From a virus (Duplodnaviria; Caudoviricetes), in the IMG/VR virus record IMGVR_UViG_3300042939_001032, positions 24,749 to 88,748 of that record: a stretch of DNA of 64,000 nucleotides; one strand, written 5' to 3'. This document shows positions 9,466 through 19,783 of the stretch, in pieces (the first letter of the stretch is position 1; each line of letters opens with the position of its first letter). The translations under genes and the position numbers were made by a program. The notes below the pieces were generated by a model. That model was not told the origin of the DNA, did no database searches, and saw nothing but the letters and a program-made list of their open reading frames with translations.

Positions 9466-10160
9466 TCTACAGAGCTCTCGCCGGCGTAATAATGGGAGCG
9501 GTCCTTTCCTCCTCCAAGAAGGAGGTCATGGATACGGCCAGGAACCAGATCCTCCGTTCCCAGATGGAAGGTGTAAGGAAGGCCGCTCTCGCCCACGTTG
9601 CGGAGAAGTACACGGAGGAGGTTGAGTACAACCTCTCGCAGTACATCAGGGCGCTACAAGAGTCCAGCGTGGAGATCGAGTTTGAGGGCAAGCCCGGCGA
9701 GGCTCTCATCATGCGCGCCGAGAGCGCCGTGAAGGAACTCGAGGGGTACATAGAGGCGCAGAATCCCGACGGCGCCATCATCCAGTTCCTCAAGCGTAGG
9801 TACAAGGAGGAGGGCGTGAGAATCATATCGGGTAGGCTCTACGCCTCCCACTACGTCAACCGCAAGTCGCAGGGCGTGTACGAGATGACGAACAAGATGG
9901 GCTACGCCGGTGCTGTGGATAAGCGTAAGCCGTGGCTCAGCGCGCGGAAGACCGCGGAGGGGGTGGAGAGTATTATCGCCGACGCCGCCGCTGAGATCTT
10001 CGAGGTGATGTTCGATGACGTGGATCTCAGCTCGGAACTGGCCGGGTTGAAGTTCACAGGGCTCGGGGACGAGATAGCCGAGCGCAGTGGCTCCGGATTC
10101 GCCGTCGAGGGCAAAGCCCCCTCCAAGCCTAAGAAGAGCTCCAAGAAAAAGAAGCGCTAA
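9462..10160 (+). CDS. Hypothetical protein, possibly neck or tail completion
   Basis: ATGA overlap with hub gene; IISGRLYAS..YAGAVD resembles tail-completion proteins; basic C-terminal tail. Confidence 0.5.
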   Translation: MIYRALAGVIMGAVLSSSKKEVMDTARNQILRSQMEGVRKAALAHVAEKYTEEVEYNLSQYIRALQESSVEIEFEGKPGEALIMRAESAVKELEGYIEAQNPDGAIIQFLKRRYKEEGVRIISGRLYASHYVNRKSQGVYEMTNKMGYAGAVDKRKPWLSARKTAEGVESIIADAAAEIFEVMFDDVDLSSELAGLKFTGLGDEIAERSGSGFAVEGKAPSKPKKSSKKKKR

Positions 10161-10855
10161 CCGTAGTACTTGGCGCCCTTCTCAAGATTGGCCTTGGCGC
10201 TGAGCGCCTGCAACTGGGCGTTCATCATGTGATAATCGAACCAGCTTTCCGCCAGATCCGTGTCCTTAAAGTAACACTTCGTCCCCCTGCAGTACACGTC
10301 AACGTTCTCAAGATCCACCCTCTCATCCCTACACCACTCCTCCACAAGGTTCTTGAAGGGGTATCGGTGGTCTATGTGGAATTCGCCCGAGTTGATGAAC
10401 TCGCCACTTAGGGAGCATTTCAACGGCTTCTTTTTGAGCTGCCTGTTGACACTCGCGCGAAATGTCTTGATCTGAGGATCGATGATCTGCCTCATAGCGA
10501 CCAGGGCATCCTTCTTATTCCTCTTGTACTCGGGCAACTCGATCTTCCTGGGGAATAGTTCGTCGACCACTTTGCCCTTGCCCAACCAGACCTCGCGTTT
10601 AGACTTAGACGTGATCATGACGATCCCTCTTACGGCCTTGCCCTGGAACTTCTTACTGCGGATCTTGTACCTTACAGGCCCGCGGTCTTTCGTCACCTTC
10701 CACCGGGGAATGAGGTCAACAACGGAGTTCAGAAAGGCTTCGTCCTCCCCCCTCACAAAGTAATTGCACTCCGTCGCGGAGGTTACTTCACTCCACTTTT
10801 TTTCGAAGCCGCCTTTACTGTAGGGGGTTTCTTGGATGGTAACGGTCCGTCGCAT
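10157..10855 (-). CDS. Hypothetical protein with HNH-like C-terminus
   Basis: C..SGE..FHIDHRYPF...WFDYH...LQALSAKANL; overlaps the sigma gene 3' end by 73 nt. Confidence 0.55.
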   Translation of the reverse strand: MRRTVTIQETPYSKGGFEKKWSEVTSATECNYFVRGEDEAFLNSVVDLIPRWKVTKDRGPVRYKIRSKKFQGKAVRGIVMITSKSKREVWLGKGKVVDELFPRKIELPEYKRNKKDALVAMRQIIDPQIKTFRASVNRQLKKKPLKCSLSGEFINSGEFHIDHRYPFKNLVEEWCRDERVDLENVDVYCRGTKCYFKDTDLAESWFDYHMMNAQLQALSAKANLEKGAKYYG

Positions 10856-11535
10856 AGGATAAATTCTATCAGTTGTTCCGAGTAGCGCTTGATGTCCTCG
10901 GCGTTGCGTAGGTGGGGGTTCTTACGAACCAACGTGGATACGCTTCTCTTCTTCACCAGGTAGTCGGTGAGGAACGCCTCGTCCCCGGGCTCCAGTTCGG
11001 TGATCCTGCACAGCAGGTCGTTATGCGACCCCAGAAGGTCCGCGAAGGTCAGTTCCGTCTCGTAGTCGGGTTCGATGACATTTGAGTACTCCGTTATCTG
11101 CGAGAAGCTCATGGAGAAAGCCTGGCGCACCGCCCGGATCTTTTTCGCCGACACCTGGATCTTCTCGGAGATCTTGTCGTCGGTTATATCGGGGTCCTCT
11201 ATAAGGTACTTACGGATCTTTAGGTAGAGATCGGAGTAGGAGCGGGGGATCTTTACGAGCCGGCTATTGTCTCGGAGGTAGTTAAGCATGTGGAACTGGA
11301 GGCACCTATTCACCCATGTGGAGAAATTGGCCCCCTTACTCTGATCCCACGAGTCGTAGATCCTGACAATGTACTCGAGAGCCGCGTCCCTAAGCTCCTC
11401 GTAGGGCAACCCGGTAAAACTGGAGATCCGTCTCGCGACCTGGTTGGCCTTCCACATCTGCGAGATGATCTGACGGTCCCGCTCTGTCTCCTTTCTAGAG
11501 CCACGGCGGGGCGTTGTTGTAAAGTTCGTGTTCAT
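10783..11535 (-). CDS. Phage RNA polymerase sigma factor (SigF/SigB-like)
   Basis: Region 2 YEELRDAA..WDQSKGANFSTW..MLNYLRDNSRLVKIPR. Confidence 0.9.
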   Translation of the reverse strand: MNTNFTTTPRRGSRKETERDRQIISQMWKANQVARRISSFTGLPYEELRDAALEYIVRIYDSWDQSKGANFSTWVNRCLQFHMLNYLRDNSRLVKIPRSYSDLYLKIRKYLIEDPDITDDKISEKIQVSAKKIRAVRQAFSMSFSQITEYSNVIEPDYETELTFADLLGSHNDLLCRITELEPGDEAFLTDYLVKKRSVSTLVRKNPHLRNAEDIKRYSEQLIEFILCDGPLPSKKPPTVKAASKKSGVK

Positions 11536-11852
11536 TAGTTGTTGGTTTCTATGGCGCCCACGATGAAGTCCTTGAGTTGGGACTTAGCAAGAATGCCATC
11601 GGTATTTATACCTAGGAGCTCCGAGTCCTCGTCAAACACGGCGAAGTTCGGAGTGCCATCGCACTCGATCTGGTCGCAGAACTCCCACTCGTCTGTTGTA
11701 ACATCCCACTCGCCAAAACCTATGGAGTAGTGAGGGTACTCCTCGGAGAGTTCGTTAGCCGCCGCCGACCATACCGGCTTCATGGTGTTGCACGCAACAC
11801 AACCGGGCTGCTGAAAAAAGACCACCCGGTACTTGAACTGTTGATCTGTCAT
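11535..11852 (-). CDS. Thioredoxin-like protein
   Basis: CVAC active site, MKPVW, cis-Pro GTPNF. Confidence 0.85.
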   Translation of the reverse strand: MTDQQFKYRVVFFQQPGCVACNTMKPVWSAAANELSEEYPHYSIGFGEWDVTTDEWEFCDQIECDGTPNFAVFDEDSELLGINTDGILAKSQLKDFIVGAIETNN

Positions 11853-11885
11853 AATTTGTATATCCTTGCAAGGTGATACGAACGT

Positions 11886-11894
11886 ATTATACCA
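11886..11894 (-). promoter_or_regulatory. Extended -10 promoter for the thioredoxin-sigma operon
   Basis: TGGTATAAT on the minus strand, 33 nt upstream of ATG 11852. Confidence 0.6.
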
Positions 11895-11906
11895 TACAAA
11901 CGCTCG

Positions 11907-13520
11907 TTATAGGTAACGAGTGCCAGTGTACCCACGATCCATCCTGGTTCCCACCAATCCTATGTCGGTAGAGACTCTCCTACTTCCCCCGCGGTAGTAG
12001 GGATCATGGACCAACTGTGGCAGTCTACGCCTCTCCCCACCGTGCACGGCCTTCCCTCCCATAATCTCGTCCCTGTACACGGTGACACCGTAGACGAAAG
12101 CGTCCACGAAGTCGTCGTTTTTGATGTACGGGAAGGATGTAAGTTCGGCGATTCTATCCGCTAGGTTGGGCAGATTCTCGTACAGGGAGACGGCGCCACC
12201 CTCCACCACGGGGGCGATAGCGTTCGCCCTCAGCACCTTGTCCTTGTTAGGAACCAGCTCCTTGATGGAGATGTTAACCGAGCGTTTCAGGGTCTGGATG
12301 AGTGGTACGCCCTGCGCCCTGCCCTCGATGTATATGCACCGTATCTTCCACTGCTTGATGAGTTGCGGGAAGATCTTCTCAAGGTCGGGGAATTCTAGCC
12401 TCTCAAGGATGTAGTGGATGAGGTGGAGTTTGGTATTCGCTCTGTCATAACCCCAGATACATATCGCGGTGTAGTCGTTCATCCTCTCCGCCTTGTACGC
12501 GGTATCTATGGTGGCGTAGATGAATCCGTATTTCCCGAGATTCTTCGAGTGGTAGTCGAACCACGTCTCCTTGAAGATGGCCCCCTGCTCACCTGCAGGT
12601 CTCCCCTGATACAGAGAGTTGAAATCCCTGTCCCCGATAGACTTGCGTATGGCATGGAGATTCTGCACTGGGAAGAACTCGGGCCAGTGCGACTCCCCGA
12701 GCTCCCGCCCGAGCACGTCGTTCTCCTCGTCGATGCACAACGCCGGAACGTTGAGCTCCCTCCAGCCCTCTGGGTCGGCCTTCAGCAACCTGCCTATGAC
12801 ATCGTCGACGTGAAACCTCGTGCCCATGGAGATGATGGCGTGATTGGGCAGACCACGAGTAAGAAACTGCGTCTGCGTCCAGGCGAACGTAGACTCCATG
12901 ATGGTTGGGGAGTTACCATCCGCGAGAAGGTCATCCAGGATCCCGACACCCGGCAGTTCCTCATCGCTGATCACTCCGAAACCGAAACCTGTGACATTAC
13001 CCCCAGCCGAGGCGATCTTGATAAGCCCGCCATTGCCACTACGGATCGCCCCCAGGTTGCATTTATCCCTATCCACCTCGCACTCCGGAAAGATCCACTT
13101 GAACTGCTCGTGGGAGATGTACTCTATAACCGCTCTGGAGTTCTCGTTTGTAAGCTGGAGCGCGTACGAGCTCATGATAAACTGAGCCGACGGACTCCGG
13201 CCCAACTGCCAGGCCGGAAAGATCTTGGAGATGAGCAGGGATTTTCCCGTACGTGGGGGAAGGGAGACCGCCGTCTGCTTGTAGTCCTCCTCCCCGTCGC
13301 CGATGCGCTGCAGGAAATCCCCGATCTTGTAGTGGACTTTGAACGGTTTGAATGTCCCAGCGACCGGGACCTCGGATGTGATGTAACGCGCGAAGGTGAG
13401 AAAGTCCGTACGGCATTTCAGCCTTAGCAACTCCTGTTTGTCAGAGGGTGAGAGGGAGAGCACCTCCCCCTCCATCTCCTTAACAGTTTGCTTCTCCGCT
13501 TTGAGCTCGGCCTTGTTCAT
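11907..13520 (-). CDS. terL: Terminase large subunit
   Basis: PPRTGKS Walker A, GILDD Walker B, GTRFHVDD, LYQGRP, nuclease IDTA..DYTA..DDFVDA. Confidence 0.95.
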   Translation of the reverse strand: MNKAELKAEKQTVKEMEGEVLSLSPSDKQELLRLKCRTDFLTFARYITSEVPVAGTFKPFKVHYKIGDFLQRIGDGEEDYKQTAVSLPPRTGKSLLISKIFPAWQLGRSPSAQFIMSSYALQLTNENSRAVIEYISHEQFKWIFPECEVDRDKCNLGAIRSGNGGLIKIASAGGNVTGFGFGVISDEELPGVGILDDLLADGNSPTIMESTFAWTQTQFLTRGLPNHAIISMGTRFHVDDVIGRLLKADPEGWRELNVPALCIDEENDVLGRELGESHWPEFFPVQNLHAIRKSIGDRDFNSLYQGRPAGEQGAIFKETWFDYHSKNLGKYGFIYATIDTAYKAERMNDYTAICIWGYDRANTKLHLIHYILERLEFPDLEKIFPQLIKQWKIRCIYIEGRAQGVPLIQTLKRSVNISIKELVPNKDKVLRANAIAPVVEGGAVSLYENLPNLADRIAELTSFPYIKNDDFVDAFVYGVTVYRDEIMGGKAVHGGERRRLPQLVHDPYYRGGSRRVSTDIGLVGTRMDRGYTGTRYL

Positions 13521-16377
13521 AAGTTATCTGATCGAGTAGGGAGGGGATTCTGGGCGATTGGGGTAGTTTGGAGTCGAGAAGGGACTGGGGAGCTTGAGGG
13601 AACGGGGAGTTGATCTTGGACTCGAGGGAATCGCTCAGTACCTTATCCTTGTTGTTCTTAGTGAGGCACTTGTCGAATACGGCGGGTAGGTCCTTCGGCA
13701 CGATGCCTAGCACGAAGTCCGTCAGATCAACCAGTCCCTTGGCGGGGTTGAGATCCTTCCACTCCGCATCGGCGGATTTTAGAAACCTCTCGGTTATGAA
13801 GGTTGCCTCCTTCTTGGAGACGCCGTTGAGTTTGGCGATCCTGATGATGTTGTCGAAGACGTTGGATAGGTTTTCGGTGACCGTGACCCCAGCCCCTCCG
13901 CCTTTCTTCACTGCATCGAGTCTTCTCACGTACGTGTAGACGTCACGTATGGCTTTGGAGGTTGTTACTATGCTCAGTAGGGTCTGGGATAGAAAGGACT
14001 CATTTCCCACCATCAGTTTGTTGATGAGGCGATGCTGGGCGTCTATGAGTTTTCTTTCAACCGACTCCACCTTGGTTATGTTGTTATCGGTCTTCTTAAA
14101 GGCCTTCTCCACCGTCTCGAAGGTGTAGACCAACTCCGACCACAACTCAGGCCAGTCGGCGTCTTTGGCACTGTTGAGCCTGTCGGCCATCTCCCCGAGC
14201 CTTTTAACGTCCTGGATCATCTCCGTAAGATCCCAGGTGTTAGGAATGCAGAGCTCCTCACCCACCTTAGTGGCGATTTTCCCTAGCGTTTCCGCCACCT
14301 CGTTCTCGTTGTTGCGAGTAGGATCGCCCTCGGGCGAGTAGGCGCTGGCGCTATTCGCCACCACATTGCCACACTTCTCCAGCAGGTTGTTGCCATCGGA
14401 GTCCTTAAAATGCTCGGTCTTCCGGCACTTGGGGTCACAGGGGCACTCACCACCTCCTCCACCGAAGAGACCTGACGTCAGTCCTCCGAGCAATCCCACC
14501 ACAGGATTACCACCTAGAAGTTTGCCCAAACCCTCCAGCGAGATACCGCCCTTGAACACATCGAGGAACTGCTTGCCCAACTCCAGCGCCTGTAGGGCTG
14601 TGGAGGCGATCTGGGGGAGGTCCGCTACCCCGTCGAACTTGGGTATGCTGGGAAGGCTGGAGAAGGATGCCAGGGTCGAGGCCACCTCCCCAAGCTCCCC
14701 GGAATTGAGTGCGCTGGTGACCCCCGAGACCACCCCAGGGACCATGGGAACCACCTTCTGGAGTGTGGAGATGGCCTGGTCGAATGGGGCCGCTCCAGGT
14801 CCCCCTGTCGCGCTACCCACGAGCTTCTCCACGGCCTTGGGTTGCCGTCTGATCACGTCAGCACCGGCCTCCAGAGCCGGTCTGATCACGCTGTTCACCT
14901 CCTCGGGGATGACGGAGAGCTTGAGGGCCGAGGCAACGTCCATGGCCCCAGCTATGCCCCCCGCCATGTACCCGAAGTACACCGAGGAGGCCTCTGGGGA
15001 TAGGGTTTTTATGCTCTGGTTGAGAGCCTTGCGACCTATGATCTCCAGTGAATCATCCACTGTATTATTCCTCGCGCCTCTCAGCAACTGATCCCCCACT
15101 CCTCCGAGTGTCCTAAGCACCGCTGAAGTGTCGTCATCTATGACCCCCGAGGAACCGAGCGCGGACGTGATCTGGGAGACTATGCTACCCACCGGCAGAG
15201 TGGAGTTATTGACTATGACGGTCTTGGCGATGTCGGTCAGAAGTTTAGCTCCGTCGAAGCTTCCCGATAGAGCATTGGCGGCCTTGAGCGCTACGCCCAG
15301 GGGAGTTGTCTCCAGGGCGGCTGGTATGGCCTTAGCCGCCATCTTGAGGACATCCGGGGCCGAATTGCCCACAAAATCTCCGCCTCCCATCCCCGAACTC
15401 CCGTCCTTGAGCGCTGGTATGGGCTTGGCGCTCTTCAGAACCTCCTCCTTCGTCATAGGAGCGTCCTTTGAGTGGAGTTGGATGGGTTCTCGTTTGCCAG
15501 GATTGACCCACTTCAGCGCGCCCTGGTACCTCAGGCAGCTTATGCGCTGGGAGTTGATCCCGTCGTCCAGTACAGCGTCCATCCCGTGAATGGCGTCTGT
15601 GCAGTCTGGTAGTAGGCTTCTGATGAATATAGGGGTGGCACCCGCCGGCTTCCAGGTGAAGTTTCCGTTCTCATCTCTTCCGCACTTTATCTGGAAGGTT
15701 CTGAACTTCCGGTCCTCGGCAAAGTCCCTAACGTCCCCTTCCTGGGCCTGGTTGCACTGCGGTATGCCCTTCTTCTGAGAGAGGTCGGTGACGGTGGCGT
15801 CCTGGACTCCTGGATCGAAACCCTTCTCCACCCACTTGCTGCTGGTGAGGGATTTCCAGTTCCATACCTCCTCGCCCCCCTCCTGCGGGTTGTTGCGTCG
15901 CATGCAGACGACAACATCCTGGTTCATCTCACTCTCGAGCAGGTAAACCCTCCCCCCATTCCCCCTGTTACATCTCAGACCCTGATCGCCTGGCGAGGAG
16001 GAGGGGGCGCTGTAGGGCGCTACCTGCTCATTAAGCGTGGCGATCTGCACCGGGGCCCCACCCGAACCTACGTTGGGGTTCTTATTGAAAAACCCTAGGA
16101 TGAAAGCGTCTCCGGAGTTGCCATGGGCCTTCCCCACGAGGCAACTGGAGCCGATGAACTGAGCGCTAAGCAGTCCCTTGCCATTACCGAGTACGTAGGC
16201 CCAGTCGCTCGTCGTACCGTCCTGGTACTCCACCTTCACCCTACCGAGCTTCTTAGGATCACTTACCGAAACCACCGTGGCGATCTCGTTGAATGGGTCA
16301 GCGTACACTCCCCCCATGGCCTCCGCCAAGCGCGAGGAGAGTTCCTTTACCTGCTGAAGTTCCTCAAAAAATCCCAT
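13480..16377 (-). CDS. Baseplate spike, gp5/VgrG-like OB-fold protein with long extension
   Basis: IATVVSVSDPKKLGRVKV OB-fold signature; probable start MGFFEEL at 16377 (TAATG overlap). Confidence 0.75.
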   Translation of the reverse strand: MGFFEELQQVKELSSRLAEAMGGVYADPFNEIATVVSVSDPKKLGRVKVEYQDGTTSDWAYVLGNGKGLLSAQFIGSSCLVGKAHGNSGDAFILGFFNKNPNVGSGGAPVQIATLNEQVAPYSAPSSSPGDQGLRCNRGNGGRVYLLESEMNQDVVVCMRRNNPQEGGEEVWNWKSLTSSKWVEKGFDPGVQDATVTDLSQKKGIPQCNQAQEGDVRDFAEDRKFRTFQIKCGRDENGNFTWKPAGATPIFIRSLLPDCTDAIHGMDAVLDDGINSQRISCLRYQGALKWVNPGKREPIQLHSKDAPMTKEEVLKSAKPIPALKDGSSGMGGGDFVGNSAPDVLKMAAKAIPAALETTPLGVALKAANALSGSFDGAKLLTDIAKTVIVNNSTLPVGSIVSQITSALGSSGVIDDDTSAVLRTLGGVGDQLLRGARNNTVDDSLEIIGRKALNQSIKTLSPEASSVYFGYMAGGIAGAMDVASALKLSVIPEEVNSVIRPALEAGADVIRRQPKAVEKLVGSATGGPGAAPFDQAISTLQKVVPMVPGVVSGVTSALNSGELGEVASTLASFSSLPSIPKFDGVADLPQIASTALQALELGKQFLDVFKGGISLEGLGKLLGGNPVVGLLGGLTSGLFGGGGGECPCDPKCRKTEHFKDSDGNNLLEKCGNVVANSASAYSPEGDPTRNNENEVAETLGKIATKVGEELCIPNTWDLTEMIQDVKRLGEMADRLNSAKDADWPELWSELVYTFETVEKAFKKTDNNITKVESVERKLIDAQHRLINKLMVGNESFLSQTLLSIVTTSKAIRDVYTYVRRLDAVKKGGGAGVTVTENLSNVFDNIIRIAKLNGVSKKEATFITERFLKSADAEWKDLNPAKGLVDLTDFVLGIVPKDLPAVFDKCLTKNNKDKVLSDSLESKINSPFPQAPQSLLDSKLPQSPRIPSLLDQITYEQGRAQSGEANC

Positions 16378-18503
16378 TACCCTGCCTGCAGATCGCTTAC
16401 GTTGACATCGGGCTCGAAGAACGCGTCCCCAACCTTCCACAGGCCGGCGGACAGGTACGCGTACTGCACCCGAACGTTCAGGTTAGATGGCATCCAGTTC
16501 TGGGCTATGTACGTCACCGCGTCCCACGACTTCCCGTCCCTATTGTAGTAGTAGGGTACTCTGAAGAATACGTTTTTGCTATCCTCAACGCTACTGACTC
16601 TGCTCACTCCCGCCACGAGTTGGTTGGTGTAGTTGCCAACGCTGGCGTCAACGAGGTTCCCCACCTGCAACACCTCGCTCTTGTACGGGAGGAGTACCGG
16701 GGCGTCTATCTCCGCGGATCTGAGTCCGGTCCTAGGCCTCAGTAGCTTTCTTTCAGCGTCCACTACCTCGAGCTCCTTGGAGGAGTGAGACTTTAACCCG
16801 AAAAGCGAACTAAGAAACACCGCACCAAGCAGGCTCCCTTTGGCTTCCATCAGTCCGTTCCAGAGAGACTTGTCCACTGTCACCTGGTCCGTAGGCGTTA
16901 GAGATACCTTCTCGTCGGTGTCGGAGTACGTCTTTACCTTCACCAGGCTGAGTGGCTCGATGCGGGTTATCTGACCCGACCCTGGATCCCTGAAAAGGTC
17001 TATAGTCTCGATCTCGTCCAGTTTTATGCCCAGTAGATTGTCCGTAGTTCCGTTCCACTCGGGGTTTGTGAAAGGAAGGTGCTCCAGCGCCCCACCCTTC
17101 ATGGTCAGTACCTCGCCCAGAGTGGGGAAGGTTTCGCTGACCTCCCTATCCCACCAGCCAAAGGAGTTCTTGATGAGCGCCCTCTTGACCTTATTATCCC
17201 AGTTGGAATTCCACAGTTCCCCAAAAAGTCCTACGTGCTGGGCCAGCCAATCGAGTAGGCCTGGACTGCACGTGTCAGGATCGAGGTAATCGGAGTAGAA
17301 CGCCGCCACCTCTTCTTTCTTGGAGGATAGGAACTCGTCCGCGCCACTGGTCAACCACCGAGCCGGCTCGTCCTCCCCCTCCTCAACAGACCACTTGAGG
17401 TACGCTTCCGCGAGTCCTGGGAGACGTGAGTAGACGGGCCTGGATATACTGTCTCTGCCGTAGGAGATTCTGGGGGCGGAGAGCGAACTCCCCGTGACCT
17501 GAATCACGCTCCCCAGCAATGTCTTGACCCGGTCAAACACCACCGAGACGAACTCCAACCCGCTCCAACCGCTTCCGAACTCCTCCTCCACGATCTGGTT
17601 ACACCTACCCGACCACTCAACCTCGAGCCCCTCGAAAGCACCCACGAGGGCGTCCCGGATCTCCTCGGAGGCGGGGGACTGTAGGTGGTTGTTGAGGAAA
17701 CCCTCGGAGACTCCGGGGTACGCTGAGGCCAGGATCCTCTGCACGAATCTGGGCTTTCTGCTCTCCACGCCCACGAGGTCCGTAGTTGGCTTTAGGGCAA
17801 CATCCACCAACCTGGAGTCGGTTCGATCTATCTCCGAGTCGATGAAGTCGTCGGAGTAGTAGAATTTTGGCGGGAGGTAGATTTTGCACGTTACGCTCGC
17901 CGGGCTTGTCACGCTCACTGTGCGAACCTCGCCCTCCGGACCGTAGGTGTAGTGGTCGCCTCTAACTATGGTTCTGAGAGCGACGGATTTCTCCGCGGGT
18001 AGGTAGTAGGTTATGGGGAGTGAGTCGTCGCCATATGTACTCGAGGAAGTGTACCTCCACTTACTATCATTCACACGCTCCAGAGTTCCTATAACGCAAC
18101 CACCCGGATCGCATACGGAATCCGTACCGGCGCCAGCCCTGCACCGAAGGCCCGATCTCGAGCAACTCTCCATGCCCGCATTATCCCCACCAAGCGGGTG
18201 GCCGTGAGCGTAGATCTCGTAGGAGTACTCCTCCCCGGTCCGCGGGACCACCTCACTGGAGGTGTACACGTGCCCGACATTCTTGTACTTGAATCCTTCC
18301 GATGAGACGTTTCCTATCTCCGAGTCTATGACCTTCTGCCTATCCGAGGCTATATCTCTCCTCTCGGAGAAGTCCACCTTTCCGAGCCTGTGCGCAAATA
18401 TCCTCGACTTCCTCGTCCGGGGAAAGTCCACGATGAGGTGGGCTGGAGATAGCGCCGGATTACGTCTCCTACCGGCCGAACCGTTCCACGCTGAGTAGTT
18501 CAT
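16377..18503 (-). CDS. Baseplate wedge protein (P2 gpI-like domain)
   Basis: YLDPDTCSPGLLDWLAQHVG motif; follows the baseplate J gene. Confidence 0.75.
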   Translation of the reverse strand: MNYSAWNGSAGRRRNPALSPAHLIVDFPRTRKSRIFAHRLGKVDFSERRDIASDRQKVIDSEIGNVSSEGFKYKNVGHVYTSSEVVPRTGEEYSYEIYAHGHPLGGDNAGMESCSRSGLRCRAGAGTDSVCDPGGCVIGTLERVNDSKWRYTSSSTYGDDSLPITYYLPAEKSVALRTIVRGDHYTYGPEGEVRTVSVTSPASVTCKIYLPPKFYYSDDFIDSEIDRTDSRLVDVALKPTTDLVGVESRKPRFVQRILASAYPGVSEGFLNNHLQSPASEEIRDALVGAFEGLEVEWSGRCNQIVEEEFGSGWSGLEFVSVVFDRVKTLLGSVIQVTGSSLSAPRISYGRDSISRPVYSRLPGLAEAYLKWSVEEGEDEPARWLTSGADEFLSSKKEEVAAFYSDYLDPDTCSPGLLDWLAQHVGLFGELWNSNWDNKVKRALIKNSFGWWDREVSETFPTLGEVLTMKGGALEHLPFTNPEWNGTTDNLLGIKLDEIETIDLFRDPGSGQITRIEPLSLVKVKTYSDTDEKVSLTPTDQVTVDKSLWNGLMEAKGSLLGAVFLSSLFGLKSHSSKELEVVDAERKLLRPRTGLRSAEIDAPVLLPYKSEVLQVGNLVDASVGNYTNQLVAGVSRVSSVEDSKNVFFRVPYYYNRDGKSWDAVTYIAQNWMPSNLNVRVQYAYLSAGLWKVGDAFFEPDVNVSDLQAG

Positions 18504-19783
18504 GGGGTGTACAGATTATCGTAGTAGAATGTCAGCGGGGAGAAGTCATTGATAGAGGTGAATCCTATCTGCGCCCTGTAAAGCTTGTACGAGGTTATCG
18601 CGGAGGGTGAGGGCAGGGTCTGATTGTCGAAGTTAATCACATCCAGGTAGTTGTAATTGCATCCAGTGCTTGTCTCCTCACCAGAGAAGCCAGCGCAGAA
18701 TCCCTCAATCACGGACTCGTCCCTGAGCATGAGCTTCGCGTTCATGTTATTGACCGATCTCACAAAATCGAATTCGTAGAGGAGTTTGAGCATGTCCTGG
18801 TAGTTCAGGTCCGATCCGAGTGGTATATTCGCGGGATTTATGTAGTTTCTCAGCGTCTCAAGCACCTGCGAAGCCAGGTAGTCCGTGCTAACACTCATCT
18901 GAGTCGGGTCGTAGAGGATCTCCACGGACACGTCGATTGGGACGATGTTCGGCGAAACAAAGGAGATGTTCGTGCCCATAGTCACCCTGGACCTCATGGA
19001 GCTTACAAGGTACTCCAGGTTGGAAGCGCTCAGGCCCCCACCATCACTATCCCCCACGCAGATCACAACGTTCCCCGAGAGAGCGCTGGTGAGCCTGTAC
19101 CTTTCCTCGTACGTTAGCGCTTTCACTATGCTCGCTTCGGGCACGAGGGTGATCACCTCGTTCTCAAAATCCTGAGAGGTGGTCAGGTTTCTCCTGCTGA
19201 GAACCTCGAACGCTCTGGACTTCATGCCAGCCACCGACTCCGTATCAGTCCCTCCAACAGCGGGCGACTCGTTCCTCAGGAATTCCAACCCGGCAAAGTT
19301 CCTCTCGATCTTGTTTATCTCTCCCTCCCCGACGTTATACGCCGATCCCCACCTCTCCGACTGGCAGGATACCGTGACCGAGTTATCCGTCTCCGATATG
19401 CGGACTTCCGCGAGTGTCACGAACATCTGCCCGCCACTCGCGATAAGCTTCGTCCCTCGCGGGATGATAAGCACTCTCTGGTAACCGGGGACTTTGTAAA
19501 AGGTGACATCGGCCAGGGCCCTGCTACCTATCTTCCTCTGCACCCCCAACTGCCTCAGCCACTGCAAACTGAACGCCTCGGGTAGGTTGTTGAGGTAGTA
19601 GAGAAGCTCGGCTTGGGCGAAAGCTTGCCCCTCCACTATCGCCGATAGGGGCGAGGCTGGGGTGAAGTCGTTGAGCTTCCCATCCGACTCCAGGAATATC
19701 CTCGACTGCAGAGCGCGCACCAGCGCCTCCGTATTACGACTATCTAACTGGAGCGGGAGAATTGGACCGTAGATGTTAGCCAT
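18500..19783 (-). CDS. Baseplate J-like wedge protein
   Basis: NDFTPASPLSAIVE, LGVQRK, GGTDTES, LTTSQDFE. Confidence 0.9.
   Translation of the reverse strand: MANIYGPILPLQLDSRNTEALVRALQSRIFLESDGKLNDFTPASPLSAIVEGQAFAQAELLYYLNNLPEAFSLQWLRQLGVQRKIGSRALADVTFYKVPGYQRVLIIPRGTKLIASGGQMFVTLAEVRISETDNSVTVSCQSERWGSAYNVGEGEINKIERNFAGLEFLRNESPAVGGTDTESVAGMKSRAFEVLSRRNLTTSQDFENEVITLVPEASIVKALTYEERYRLTSALSGNVVICVGDSDGGGLSASNLEYLVSSMRSRVTMGTNISFVSPNIVPIDVSVEILYDPTQMSVSTDYLASQVLETLRNYINPANIPLGSDLNYQDMLKLLYEFDFVRSVNNMNAKLMLRDESVIEGFCAGFSGEETSTGCNYNYLDVINFDNQTLPSPSAITSYKLYRAQIGFTSINDFSPLTFYYDNLYTP

Noticed and set aside
12414-13427. Long antisense ORFs (also 2562-3209, 27483-28472, 32611-33360, 40007-40879, 42309-43379, 59584-60330)
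   Set aside because: They lie opposite well-supported genes and have no motifs; they are shadows expected from GC-rich third-position codon bias.
16378-16440. Extended N-termini given by the ORF track (16440, 4325, 31238, 42222, 45892, 57297)
   Set aside because: Downstream ATGs fit stop-start coupling or promoter positions better.
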